Of a stretch of 34,316 bases of DNA, positions 24,389 to 34,316 are shown piece by piece (the stretch's first letter is position 1; every line of letters begins with the position of its first letter). The stretch comes from Folioceros fuciformis. Lineage: Eukaryota. Where the stretch lies: assembly GCA_049999805.1 (NCBI GenBank), contig JBNGIO010003618.1, positions 1-34,316 on the forward strand, given 5' to 3'. Both the position numbers and the translations under genes were made by a program. The notes under the pieces are model-generated. The model was not told where the DNA came from and searched no databases. It was given only the letters and a program-made list of their open reading frames with translations.

Positions 24389-24848
24389 GATCGTAAGATC
24401 AGACCCAAGTCCCAGCAACCTCTCTTCTCACTCAGTCATCCACCAATCCGGATGCCCGATGCTCCCATCGGCAGCACCGCCATGGACAACACAAATGCGG
24501 GACGCTGGCGTCATTAACGCTAAAACTAACCTTACTTACGTACCTGTAGCTAGGTGGTGGTAACTATTTGACTAGTCTGGGTTTCCTTGGCTCAAACACG
24601 GACTCCCTCTTCACTGTCGACTCGGTATGCACAGCACATCATTTTACATACACCACACATGATGGAACACGTCGGCCGCCAATAATTTCGCGCTGCGGGT
24701 CGTGAAAACAATAATTTCGCGTATCGGTCGTGATTCCTGCAGAGGGACAGGACGGCACGGGTCTGCAGACTGGAGAAGGATTTCGATTTGTTGGCCCGGA
24801 GGAGGGGGAGCCAGGAACAAAGGGAGGAAGGAAGGCCTGGTAGAGGAG

Positions 24849-26445
24849 ATGGTGGGTGTGGTGGTGCAGGCGGTGCTGGCTCTGATCGCCGTGGCTGTGG
24901 CGGCCGGGTTTGTGTTGTACAGGGCGAAATGGTCTCGCTACAAGCTTCCCCCGGGTCCGAAGCCGAGGCTCTTTGTGGGGAACCTGCTGGATGTGACCTC
25001 GGTGCGATTCAAGTGTTTCGAGCAATGGGCGAAGGTGTACGGGCCGGTGATGTCGGTGTGGATGGGAGCAACTCTGAACGTGGTGGTGTCGTCGGCGGAG
25101 GGCGCCAAGGAGGTGTTGAAGGATAAGGACCAGATGCTGGCGGCCCGAGCGCGGTCGCGGGCTGCGGCCAAGTTCAGTCGGGACGGGCAGGACCTCATCT
25201 GGGCCGACTTCGGCCCGCATTACGTGAAGGTGCGGAAGGTGTGCAACCTGGAGCTGTTCACACCCAAGCGGCTGGAAGCCTTGCGACCTATCCGGCAGGA
25301 TGAGGTGTCGGCCATGGTGCACAAGATTCACCGAGACGCAGCCAAGGGCCCTATCAACCCCAAGACGTACCTCTCGGCGGTGGCCTTCAACAACATTACG
25401 CGCCTCGCGTTCGGGAAGCGGTTCGTGGACGACGAGGGGAAGGTTGATAGTCAGGGGGTGGAATTCAAGGAGGTTATCGGGCAGGGGATGAAGCTCGGCG
25501 CTTCGTTGAAGATCTCGGAGCACATCCCGTCCATCCGGTGGATGTTCCCGCTGCAAAATGAGGAGTTCGCGAAGCACGGGGCTAGGCGGGACGCGCTCAC
25601 CAGGGCCATCATGAAGGAGCACGCCGGCCTCCGGGAGACCCAGGGGCCGCAGTCTCATTTCGTGGACGCGCTCCTGGGGCTGCAGAAGCAGTACGACCTC
25701 TCCGAGACCACCATCATCGGGCTTCTCTGGGTAGGTGGAGAGACTGAGCAGCTTGTTCGTTTGGGCCTGTTTTCATGTGTGTGAGCTGATCTGGGTTGTG
25801 GGCTGGCAGGACATGGTGACGGCGGGGATGGACACGGTGGCCATCACGGTGGAGTGGGCCCTGGCGGAGCTGATCAGGAATCCTGAGGTGCAGAGGAAGG
25901 CGCAGAAGGAGCTGGACGCGGTGGTTGGGAAGGACACTGTGCTCACGGAGGCTCACTTCTCCAAGTTGCCCTACCTCACGGCCCTGACCAAAGAAGCCCT
26001 GCGGCTGCACCCGCCCACCCCGCTCATGCTGCCCCACAAGTGTACCGAGGACGTGAAGATTCAAGGCTACGACATCCCGAAGGGCACCGTTGTGCACTGC
26101 AACATCTATGTCATTGCCAGGGACCCTGCCGTGTGGAAGGAGCCCCTGGCATTCAGGCCTGAGAGGTTCCTGGAGCAGGATGTCGACATCAAGGGTCATG
26201 ACTTCAGGTTACTTCCTTTCGGGGCAGGCAGGAGGGTGTGTCCAGGTGCTCAACTCGGTCTCAACATGGTTGAGCTCATGATCGGCCGCCTACTGCACCA
26301 GTTCTCTTGGTCCACGCCCCAGGGAGTCAGGGCAGAGGATATCAGCTTGGAGGAACGATCCGGGATCGTCACCTACATGGCTAAATCTTTAGAAGCAGTA
26401 GCTGCTCCCCGCCTGCCGCAAGCCTTGTATGCCAAAACCGTCTGA
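24849..26445 (+). CDS. CYP98A: Cytochrome P450 CYP98 (p-coumaroyl ester/amide 3'-hydroxylase, C3'H); exons 24849-25730 and 25810-26445 (505 aa)
   Basis: N-terminal anchor plus LPPGP hinge; CYP98-specific [41 protein letters not shown] and [27 protein letters not shown] across a GT-AG intron; [19 protein letters not shown]; heme motif [11 protein letters not shown]. Confidence 0.97.
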
Positions 26446-26972
26446 ACGCTTATCATTCTTTGGTGACGCTTACCTGGCTCAATACCCAGCTCTATGGATA
26501 GGATAGGAGAGCCCTGCCCTTCTCCTGACAACAGGAAGACGGCATACTTCGTTTCACGATTTGGTTCGAATTTCGGAGATGGACCGCAGATCTGAGGTCA
26601 AGTTTTTGGAGACGAAAATTTCAATAACGTGTTTAAATAACTTTGATTGAGAAAAGGAGCTAATCCGTACTATTCAAGAATTTCCAGAGCCTGGATTCCT
26701 GAAGAAAGTAAGACCCCTTCAATTTATGTTTTTCTCTCGGTCGCCCTGTGGCTACTGCAGGTTGCTTACGGCGTGAAACTTCTTGATCGACGAACTAAGA
26801 TCCAGTAAACCATTCCATGTGGGCATCACTTTCTTTGTTCGTTCCGTGAAGTGGGAGATGCACTGCCGCCGAACAGTTTATCTTTGCCATTTTGTCAGCA
26901 TAAACAACCCATCAGAACGGTAACCACTACGCGTACCTACGTATCCTAAACAATAGCGTCGGAAACCGAAGA

Positions 26973-28802
26973 TTAATCCCAAAACTTGATTTGACCGTCC
27001 CACCCACAAGTGGCCACCTTGCTCTGCTCCAGTGGGTGCCACTCAGCTCCGATGCATACACCTTCGTGGCACTTGAGAGTCCGAAACACCTTGCAAGTCT
27101 TCCAGTCCCAAAACCAGCACCTACCCTCACCATCGCCTGACATTATGAACCTACCGTCAGGCGAGAAATTCACCTGACATGCAAACCCTGCCACAATGTG
27201 CCCAGCAAACCTCTTCTTCTTGTTCAGCCGGAACCGCTCCCTTGTGCTGTAAATCAGAATTTGGTTGTCCAGGCTCTGAGCCGCAAACCAGTTTGTATTT
27301 GGATGGACGGTGATGGACGGCATGGAGTGCATGTGAGGCTCGCTGATGTACTTGATCACCACCGGAATCCCAAACTCCCACACCCTTAAAGACTTGTCGT
27401 CGCTGGATGTCACAAATCTCCTGTTGTCGTCCACAAACGTGATGGTGTTCACAGCCCCCAGATGCTGGTCATACTCCTGAGTGATTTCCCCAGAGGTCAT
27501 GTCCCACTGCACTATCTTCTTGTCACTCATGCCTGCTAGCAGCACGTTCTGCTTATCACTGTCAGGATTAAATTTGACTACATACGGTATCTTCCCTGTG
27601 GTGAAGGATGATATCACCTTTCCTGTCTCCGTATCCCACAGCTTGATCTTCCTATCGTAGCTAGCACTAAGAAACCTGGTACCATCATTGTTGAACGATA
27701 TGTCCCTGACAGCCTTAGAATGTCCCATGTACGTCCTCATGCACTTGCCACTCCCGTGAACATCCCAGATCTTTATCTTGGTATCCATACTGCCTGAAAG
27801 AAGCAGATGGCCAGACTTAGGGAAGAAGCGTATGGCCGCCACCCCTTTCGTGTGACCGCTCCACGTATGGATCCAGCGCTTTGGAATGTAACAGTGGTCG
27901 TTAGTCGCCTTCACATCTTTAGGAGCCTCTATCCATGACCTTCCTTGATAGTCTCGCTCCTCCTTCCCGTGGAAAGTACTCTTATCCTCCATCTCCACCT
28001 TCTCGACTCGGTCCTTCTCAGTCTTCTTCAGCTCGTGCTTTTCCGCATATATCTTCTGCTCCTCCGTCAGCTCCCCTTGCAAACCCTCCTTCTTTCCCGA
28101 CCAGGGGCTCTTACTGTTCTTGAGCAGCCACTCTTCCGTTGCGGGGTTAAACTTATCAGGCTCCTCTCCATCCTTCCCCTCTTCTCCTGCCTGCGCCTCC
28201 CCCTCCGCTTCCCCACCAAGCTCCTTATCCTTCTTCATCCTCCTCTCCGCCTTCCTCTTCCTCTGCTCCTTCTGCCTAACACTGTACACAGTAGCCCCGT
28301 CGTTCTTGGCGCTGGCATCCACGTCCCCCACTAAATTCAACCCTACCAACCCCGCCGGGTCCGCCGCATACCCGTAGGAGTGAAATGTATTGTACTGCTC
28401 ATCAAACATGAAGGGTGCGATGGCGGCATCCTCCACATACCCCAGCTTGTGATTTCGCATCCCCTGCGCCATCCCATCCTTGGCGAAGGGATGCGCAGGC
28501 CCCGCAATCGGCGCCCACAGCTGGTCATAGGTAGGGTTAAAGTTCACCTTATGCTGCGCTGGGTCGACAGGCCGCCTCCAATCGGTGGGCTGACTCCCTT
28601 TGGGATTGTACAGGACCAGAGAGTCGGTCACTGTCGGAGCACAAGACTTGAGAGGGGCCATGACCCGCACGGGAGAATCCGGCGACCCAGGGGGGTCCAA
28701 GTCCATGCTGCGTCCTGAACTGGTGGCTTCATCCTGCTCCTGCTCCGCAACTGCTCTGCCATCATCCTGGCTCTCGTCCGAATAGTTTACCAGCAAATCC
28801 AT
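26973..28802 (-). CDS. CDC40: Pre-mRNA processing factor 17 / CDC40 (WD40 second-step splicing factor), intronless, 609 aa
   Basis: MDLLVNY start (the ORF-track start at 28847 is GTG), [58 protein letters not shown] and C-terminal [14 protein letters not shown]. Confidence 0.96.
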   Translation of the reverse strand: MDLLVNYSDESQDDGRAVAEQEQDEATSSGRSMDLDPPGSPDSPVRVMAPLKSCAPTVTDSLVLYNPKGSQPTDWRRPVDPAQHKVNFNPTYDQLWAPIAGPAHPFAKDGMAQGMRNHKLGYVEDAAIAPFMFDEQYNTFHSYGYAADPAGLVGLNLVGDVDASAKNDGATVYSVRQKEQRKRKAERRMKKDKELGGEAEGEAQAGEEGKDGEEPDKFNPATEEWLLKNSKSPWSGKKEGLQGELTEEQKIYAEKHELKKTEKDRVEKVEMEDKSTFHGKEERDYQGRSWIEAPKDVKATNDHCYIPKRWIHTWSGHTKGVAAIRFFPKSGHLLLSGSMDTKIKIWDVHGSGKCMRTYMGHSKAVRDISFNNDGTRFLSASYDRKIKLWDTETGKVISSFTTGKIPYVVKFNPDSDKQNVLLAGMSDKKIVQWDMTSGEITQEYDQHLGAVNTITFVDDNRRFVTSSDDKSLRVWEFGIPVVIKYISEPHMHSMPSITVHPNTNWFAAQSLDNQILIYSTRERFRLNKKKRFAGHIVAGFACQVNFSPDGRFIMSGDGEGRCWFWDWKTCKVFRTLKCHEGVCIGAEWHPLEQSKVATCGWDGQIKFWD

Positions 28803-29394
28803 GGCCTCTCCAATTCCCGCCTTCCGTCTCGGCGCCTCAGCCAGCACGCGCCGCTACTGTATCTCGGTTCATCTGTGCTACGCCTTCGTTGCCTGACATT
28901 CCCGGGTCCCCCATCTTGAAAGAGGACACCAGTTCTCCCGCGTTGCCAACGCTTTGACCTTGCAAGCCCTAGAACAGAGCTACATACGTATGGACAAGTA
29001 TGGAAACTCACCGATCACTGGTTCCCAGCTTCCGCTTCCCTGCTTGCTTCTTTGTTCAACTCTTTCGGATTCAAGGCGGTTTCTGATTAGTCCGAGTGAA
29101 ATCTGTCCCGTAATTACCCAGCCGCACAGGGATGGGAGAACACACCGCCAGCCCTGGGCAAATAATTTAGAGGGGATGAGGAGACTTTCTTAAAAACATC
29201 CATGAGGAAAACCTACCCCAGAAAGCGTGGAGGAACGATCAAATTGACTGCACCATGTCAGGCCACTAATGCTGTAAGATCAAATTTAATTAGTATTCGA
29301 ATTACTAATCCTTTTTAATTAAGATAGACACTCGCTTTCAACATAAGACTACAATATAAGACAAAGGGAGACAACTTTGTTCTTCTTATTTACT

Positions 29395-31355
29395 AAGCCT
29401 TAGCACAAACCTTAAGAAACTTGGAGAATGCCTTACCTATGGCCGTATAGGACTTAATAGCAAATACACCCATGCACGTCGAGACTACCTTCTAAGGTAT
29501 CCCAACTTGCATGAGGTGAACTTGTAGGCCTTAGCCGATGTCACCCCTTTGCCGCTAAACCCAAAGGGTTGAGGATAACGTGCTTGTAAACAAAGTCTCA
29601 TGTAGGGTCCATTACCACCACATCAACCACCAAAATCGTGGTGCCCCAAAATTATGAAAAGGTCATCCCAAAGTGAAACTTTACCAAGCAAAGGTTAAGA
29701 GCTCTGCCTATAGAGCAAGAAGCCACCTTCATCGGCCAAAGAAAAAAAGATTATCCCACACCGTATTATGTGTATCAAAACAGTACCCTCCTATATCATA
29801 GGAAGCTAGATGCGTGCCTAACATACCAAGGGGTGCTCTATAGCTACATGATAGAGAGCAAGCTTGAGCACGGGTCAAACCAAGGCGAAAACCTATCACA
29901 ATGGAGAAAGTTATAATGCAATTTGGAAAACCTCCAAACCTAGATGTATGGTCGTGCCCAAAACTAAGAGCCCACACCAATGGAACCAATGAAGGTTGGG
30001 GAAGGGAGGTTGGCCAAACCCCATGGTTTTCTCATAGTACTTGCCGTTTCTTCTTCTTTTTTCTTTCTCGTGTGTTGTTTCAAAGTTCTCCAATATGCCA
30101 AACAATAAGTAGTTAGGATTTCGGACCACTCACGCCATGCCAAACTTTTCTTTGGAGCAAGCGATCTAGTGCAACTTTGGAAATTTCGATGAAGGCAACA
30201 AAGAATGAACCATCGGATTAGTAGTTTGAGTGCTCCAAGATGCTATCCTAACTCTATTGTATAAGAACAACCGTTGAGGGAGTGTAACTACCAAGAAGGA
30301 GATGAAGCATAACCCGTAAAAGTAGCATAGACTCTACTCTTAGACAAACCACCTAGCAAAAGCATGATAGACCTTTGCTAGGATACGTCTTACGCATGCA
30401 TACTTTCGAATTGGCAGCATGAACCACTATTGCAATGTCCAAGCGCGTGGCTATACAAATTTCACTCCTTGGCTCAAGGGCACAAAGAACTTGATAGAAC
30501 CATGGAATTTGGAATCTTTCACACTCGAAAGAACATTAAGACATTTGTAACAGTCCAAGAGTTTGCACACAACTTGCTAGCCTACATAGAGGGGAAGATG
30601 CGATCCAATCACATGCCGAAGAACCCTATGCTTTGGACAATCCAATTGAGTGGCTAATGCATGACATTAAGCACTCACGGGTAATGTTAGTTGCCAAATT
30701 GATTGACCACTAGCAAATGGTCTAGAAAACGAACAATGGTCTAGAAAACGAACCATATGGCCGACAAGGTACTCTTATTACTTTATAGGATGGTATAGGG
30801 GCACCTTGTTAACTGGAGCAAGATAGTTGCTCATGGGATACAATGCAAGGTGAAGCACCTCCAATAACAGAAACCCCCACCTTTGGGGCTTACTTTGTTT
30901 TTATACCACATTTGAGGGTACTTCAATGCCCTTGTGAAGGCAGAGCGACTCATTGCAGCCAATGTTAGCATGACGGCGGGCCCTCCCACCTAATAGGTTA
31001 GGCCTTGGTACCAGAATAAATGCAAGTCACCTCCCCAATTAAGTAGCCAATGCAACTACCTATCAACCAATGAAGCTACGACAAGAATTGCCACTCCAAA
31101 ACCACAAGCCAGTCCGCCCTCAACCAACTCATAACACCAACAATATATGGTCAAGCTTTCCTGACACTCTGTTCCCTTCACAAATTGAGAAACGAAAGAT
31201 TGAGGGAGAGCAAGAAAAGAAACTTGCAGCTTGTATAAAGTTAAAATTACCCAGAGGTGGGGTTGTCAATCCCACAGTTTGCACCCACATCACTTTACGA
31301 TCATTGTAGAGCACTCCAGAGATCCATCCCCATGAGTCTAGCTTCACCTTGAAAA
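29395..31355 (-). mobile_element. Heavily decayed CRE-clade non-LTR retrotransposon (RT plus zinc knuckle plus restriction-like endonuclease)
   Basis: Minus-strand fragments in the expected order: GEARLMGM and ADWLVVLE (RT-like), FRLGL...CS...GTHLASYDIGGYCFDTHNTVWD (C-x-CG...H...C..GG...H..VRD knuckle), LVVDVVVMDPT (PD..D nuclease-like), FAIKSYTAIGKAFSKFLKVCA. Many stops and frameshifts, and CpG depletion. Confidence 0.65.
30716..30753. repeat. Perfect 19-bp tandem duplication AATGGTCTAGAAAACGAAC x2 inside the CRE relic
   Basis: Copies at 30716-30734 and 30735-30753. Confidence 0.95.
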
Positions 31356-32316
31356 AGGTCTTCTCAAATCTATACCATCACACTTCATTCTTCTTACATC
31401 TTTAGCCAGTAGTGTAACTTTAAAAATTTGCTACAATCCCATTAGGATACTACAGTAGCGGGTGTTTCCTACCCACTACTCTTTCTTAGCTACCTTATTG
31501 GAAACAACTCCCACAAATGGCTTAGTAGCTTAGAAAGTCAAGCTTATGACCAAAAAACTAGTTTTTCCTTTTGTTAGCTTGTTTGTGTTTGCACTTGTGG
31601 GCAGGATGTTGTGTAAACAATATTGATTGCTTTTCACATTTCAATTTACTGAATTATTTTTTACCGTCATTTGCAATCTTTTTTAATTATTATTCTAGTT
31701 TACTTTTTACTTCTTACAAAAGTGAATAAAGCTACTTTGGCAAGTTAGAATTACCTTCTTTTATATGCAACTTTGGATGTGTAAGAGGGTATAGGGTGCT
31801 TTGAGCCTACGACAAATGCTCACTTGGCCCATATGCCTAATGTTGCCCTTGATTTATGCGTGAGACTATGCTAGGAGATCTTGGCGTGTCAGTCTAGCAC
31901 AACTATGTATTGTGTATCTAGTGGTGGCGTTTTGCTCTCTTAGTGTAAGGTGGTGCGCTTCCGGTGATCACAGTTAATAGCAACAATGTTGAGGCATCCT
32001 ACATTTGACCTCCCGCTAATGCTTCCGACATGAGTATTGTGCCCTCCCCTCGCCATCTTGCATCCCCATTGCTAATCACTACCCACTAAGTGATTAATGG
32101 TCTTGTTGAGATTATTGTCTTGTGCATCTACTTGTTTCATGGGTGACCGCCTTGATGCTGTTCAACCCATGATGTTGTTGTCGGAAAACAAGGCATTGGC
32201 ACCTATCCTTGCAGTGCAGCTACTAGATAACAAAGCTACTATGTGAAGAGAACACAAATCTGTCTACTCCTAGGATATGATTATTTTTTTCTTTTGTTGG
32301 TGTTTACTAATTGCTG

Positions 32317-34316
32317 CTATTGATCCCATGAGAGGGCTCTATCCTGCAAGTTGCACAGCATTGACTCACCGAACTTCTTTTCCTTCCTTGCTCTTGCACC
32401 TTTGTGGGTCTTACGGCTCGGAGTCTGATTAGGTCTCCTTGAGAGTTCTAGTCCTGTGACTCCTGCACATAAACGCTGCGCTTGTGCGAGACTTGACCCC
32501 AGCAGCTTAGTGTTGCTTGGGTCTGCCTCCGACGGTGAGGAAGGGGTAATCTTGAGCACCCCTATAGATCCTCGGCCTAAATCACTAAGCACCTGCCCTC
32601 CTGCCAACCTGTTGCTTGAGTCTCCCGAGGGTCTTAGTTGAGGAATGGTTTCACCTTGCACCGCTTTTGCACCTGCCGACATCCTCTATTCGAGTATAGT
32701 GTCTAAACTGATCATCGAGTCACCCTTCGACTGCTCCTGCGGACCCGGAACTCCTTGCGTACCAGAATGCTGGGAGACCACCTCTTTTCAAGTCTCGACA
32801 TCCATTGGCACCACACCGTCCTCCTCCATGTCCTCCTTCCATCTGAGCTCCCACTCCCCTGGCAACTTAATTGTGATCGGCGAGGAGAGCAGTCCAAAGA
32901 ATTCAAGGTGAGCTTTAATCACAGCTCTGGTAGCAAGTGTTACCCTGCCTCTTCCGAATTTTGCATCTCTAACAAAGGCAAGCATCTTTGACTCCCCCAG
33001 CCACTGTGACTTGGTGGCGTTCGGGATCCGACTCTCCCTCCCCAATTCAAGCAACGTGTTGAAATAAAGAATCGCCGAGGATCCTTCAATACGATGACAG
33101 ACTACGTTGAACCTCGCCTCCTTTGAAAACTTGCTTGCACAATCTTCCCCCACACCTAGACCCTCTTGAATAACGCTCCTAGCCCTCCTCCTGACAGTCT
33201 CCACAATAGGGCCATTCGGACGCCATCTGTGGCTCCTAGCTAAAGAGAGCGAGTAGGCAGCGAATGCATCTCCTCCCCTTTCGGCATCCCGTAGTAAAAG
33301 GTGCTCTCCACCTTCTTCTGCATGATTACACAGAGTTTCATCTCAGTGATGGTAGTGCCGGCAAGACTCGGGAAGACATCTTCTTGAATTCGGCGAGCCC
33401 ATCGTTGCGTTGCCAAGTTCCCTCTCCAAGGCTTTCTCTAGACACCTTGAAACCCCGGTAAGAGTTCAGGCTGGAACTTCTCAGGCCTGACATTCCTTCC
33501 TTCTGGATCTGAGCGGAGCGGACACTCTAGCTTAAGGTGGTTAGCAAGGCCACAGATTCCACACCTTATAGGGAGACCTGGGTAGTCGAAGAGCTGCGTA
33601 TAGCTCTTTGAAGAGTCTACCAGATCTCGCACCACCACCCCAGCGGGCAAGGCATTGAGGTTGTCAACCCTTACACTGAATCGGAGAGGCTTGCTTCTGT
33701 CGAAAAAACGGGAGTCCACCTGTGGGACCTCAACCACCCTTTCGATTGTTTCCAGCATTTTGTCGATCAATGGAATAAGCTGTACCGGTAGGGCGAGCAG
33801 CCGCACCCAAATGAAGTGCCTCTTGATCTGGGAGTGCATGATTGTGCTTCTTGGAGACCACCCCTCGACCATCACCAGGGTTGAGCCTCTGAAGGGCAGC
33901 GTTGTTTGCAGGAGTGCAAGAGCGCCAGCTGCTTCATCACACTTAACTTGAAAGGAGCCATCCTCTTTTAGGAAGACGTAAGCGAGGGGACATCCCGTGA
34001 CCTGGGTTACCCAATCCTCCAACTCGCCTACTGAAGGCGGCCCTCTGACAAAAAGCCTTCCCACCACCGAGCTACTTGATAGCCTAAACTCCTCCTCTTG
34101 GAAGTATCGTTCCTCGGTCAAGAGGTTTGCGAAAGGGCCAAGTTGGATGCCATTTCCCACATTCGTCGGGGCTCAGGCAGGATATGTACTTGCGCCCTCG
34201 TTTGACCTCTCACGAGCGGTTTCCTTCCCGAGATTCCGTACCTGAGCCTCGTTCTCACGCACTGCTTTCTTCCGCCTAAGCTCATCCGAGTTAGTTGCTT
34301 ACGCTCCCTTATTAGG
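32317..34316 (-). mobile_element. L1-type LINE ORF1 remnant (DUF4283-like plus CX2CX4HX4C zinc knuckle), interrupted by stops and a frameshift; extends off the window
   Basis: ORF 33438-34160 contains VEGWSP, IWVRLLALP and YPGLPIRCGICGLANHLKLECP. The frame continues upstream through TAA/TGA stops, and downstream fragments (32788-33204, 32317-32682) are offset in frame. Confidence 0.8.

Noticed and set aside
24639-25658. 339-aa antisense ORF over CYP98 (likewise 18441-19217 over RUP and 362-1051 over TZF)
   Set aside because: Shadow ORFs expected from GC3-rich coding sequence; no recognisable domains

Overview
Gene-dense land-plant nuclear DNA with short GT-AG introns (mostly 70-190 bp) and GC3-rich exons. 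It is most consistent with a compact non-seed-plant genome such as a hornwort or lycophyte; this is inference only. Eight host genes can be built by hand: an RR-type tandem CCCH zinc finger (TZF), the small subunit of serine palmitoyltransferase (ssSPT), a plastid solanesyl-diphosphate synthase (SPS), XPD/UVH6 helicase, a RUP-like WD40 repressor of UV-B signalling, an uncharacterised cyanobacterial YaaW-like gene, a CYP98 phenylpropanoid 3'-hydroxylase and the splicing factor CDC40/PRP17. The window also holds a 100-N gap, a decayed CRE-clade (RT plus restriction-like endonuclease) retrotransposon and an L1-type ORF1 remnant. The most striking pattern is that four of five consecutive genes in about 16 kb (SPS, XPD/UVH6, RUP, CYP98) relate to UV/light protection and surround one gene of unknown function. 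The RUP gene also carries a uORF overlapping its start (AUGA) and a possible spliced Pro-rich tail.
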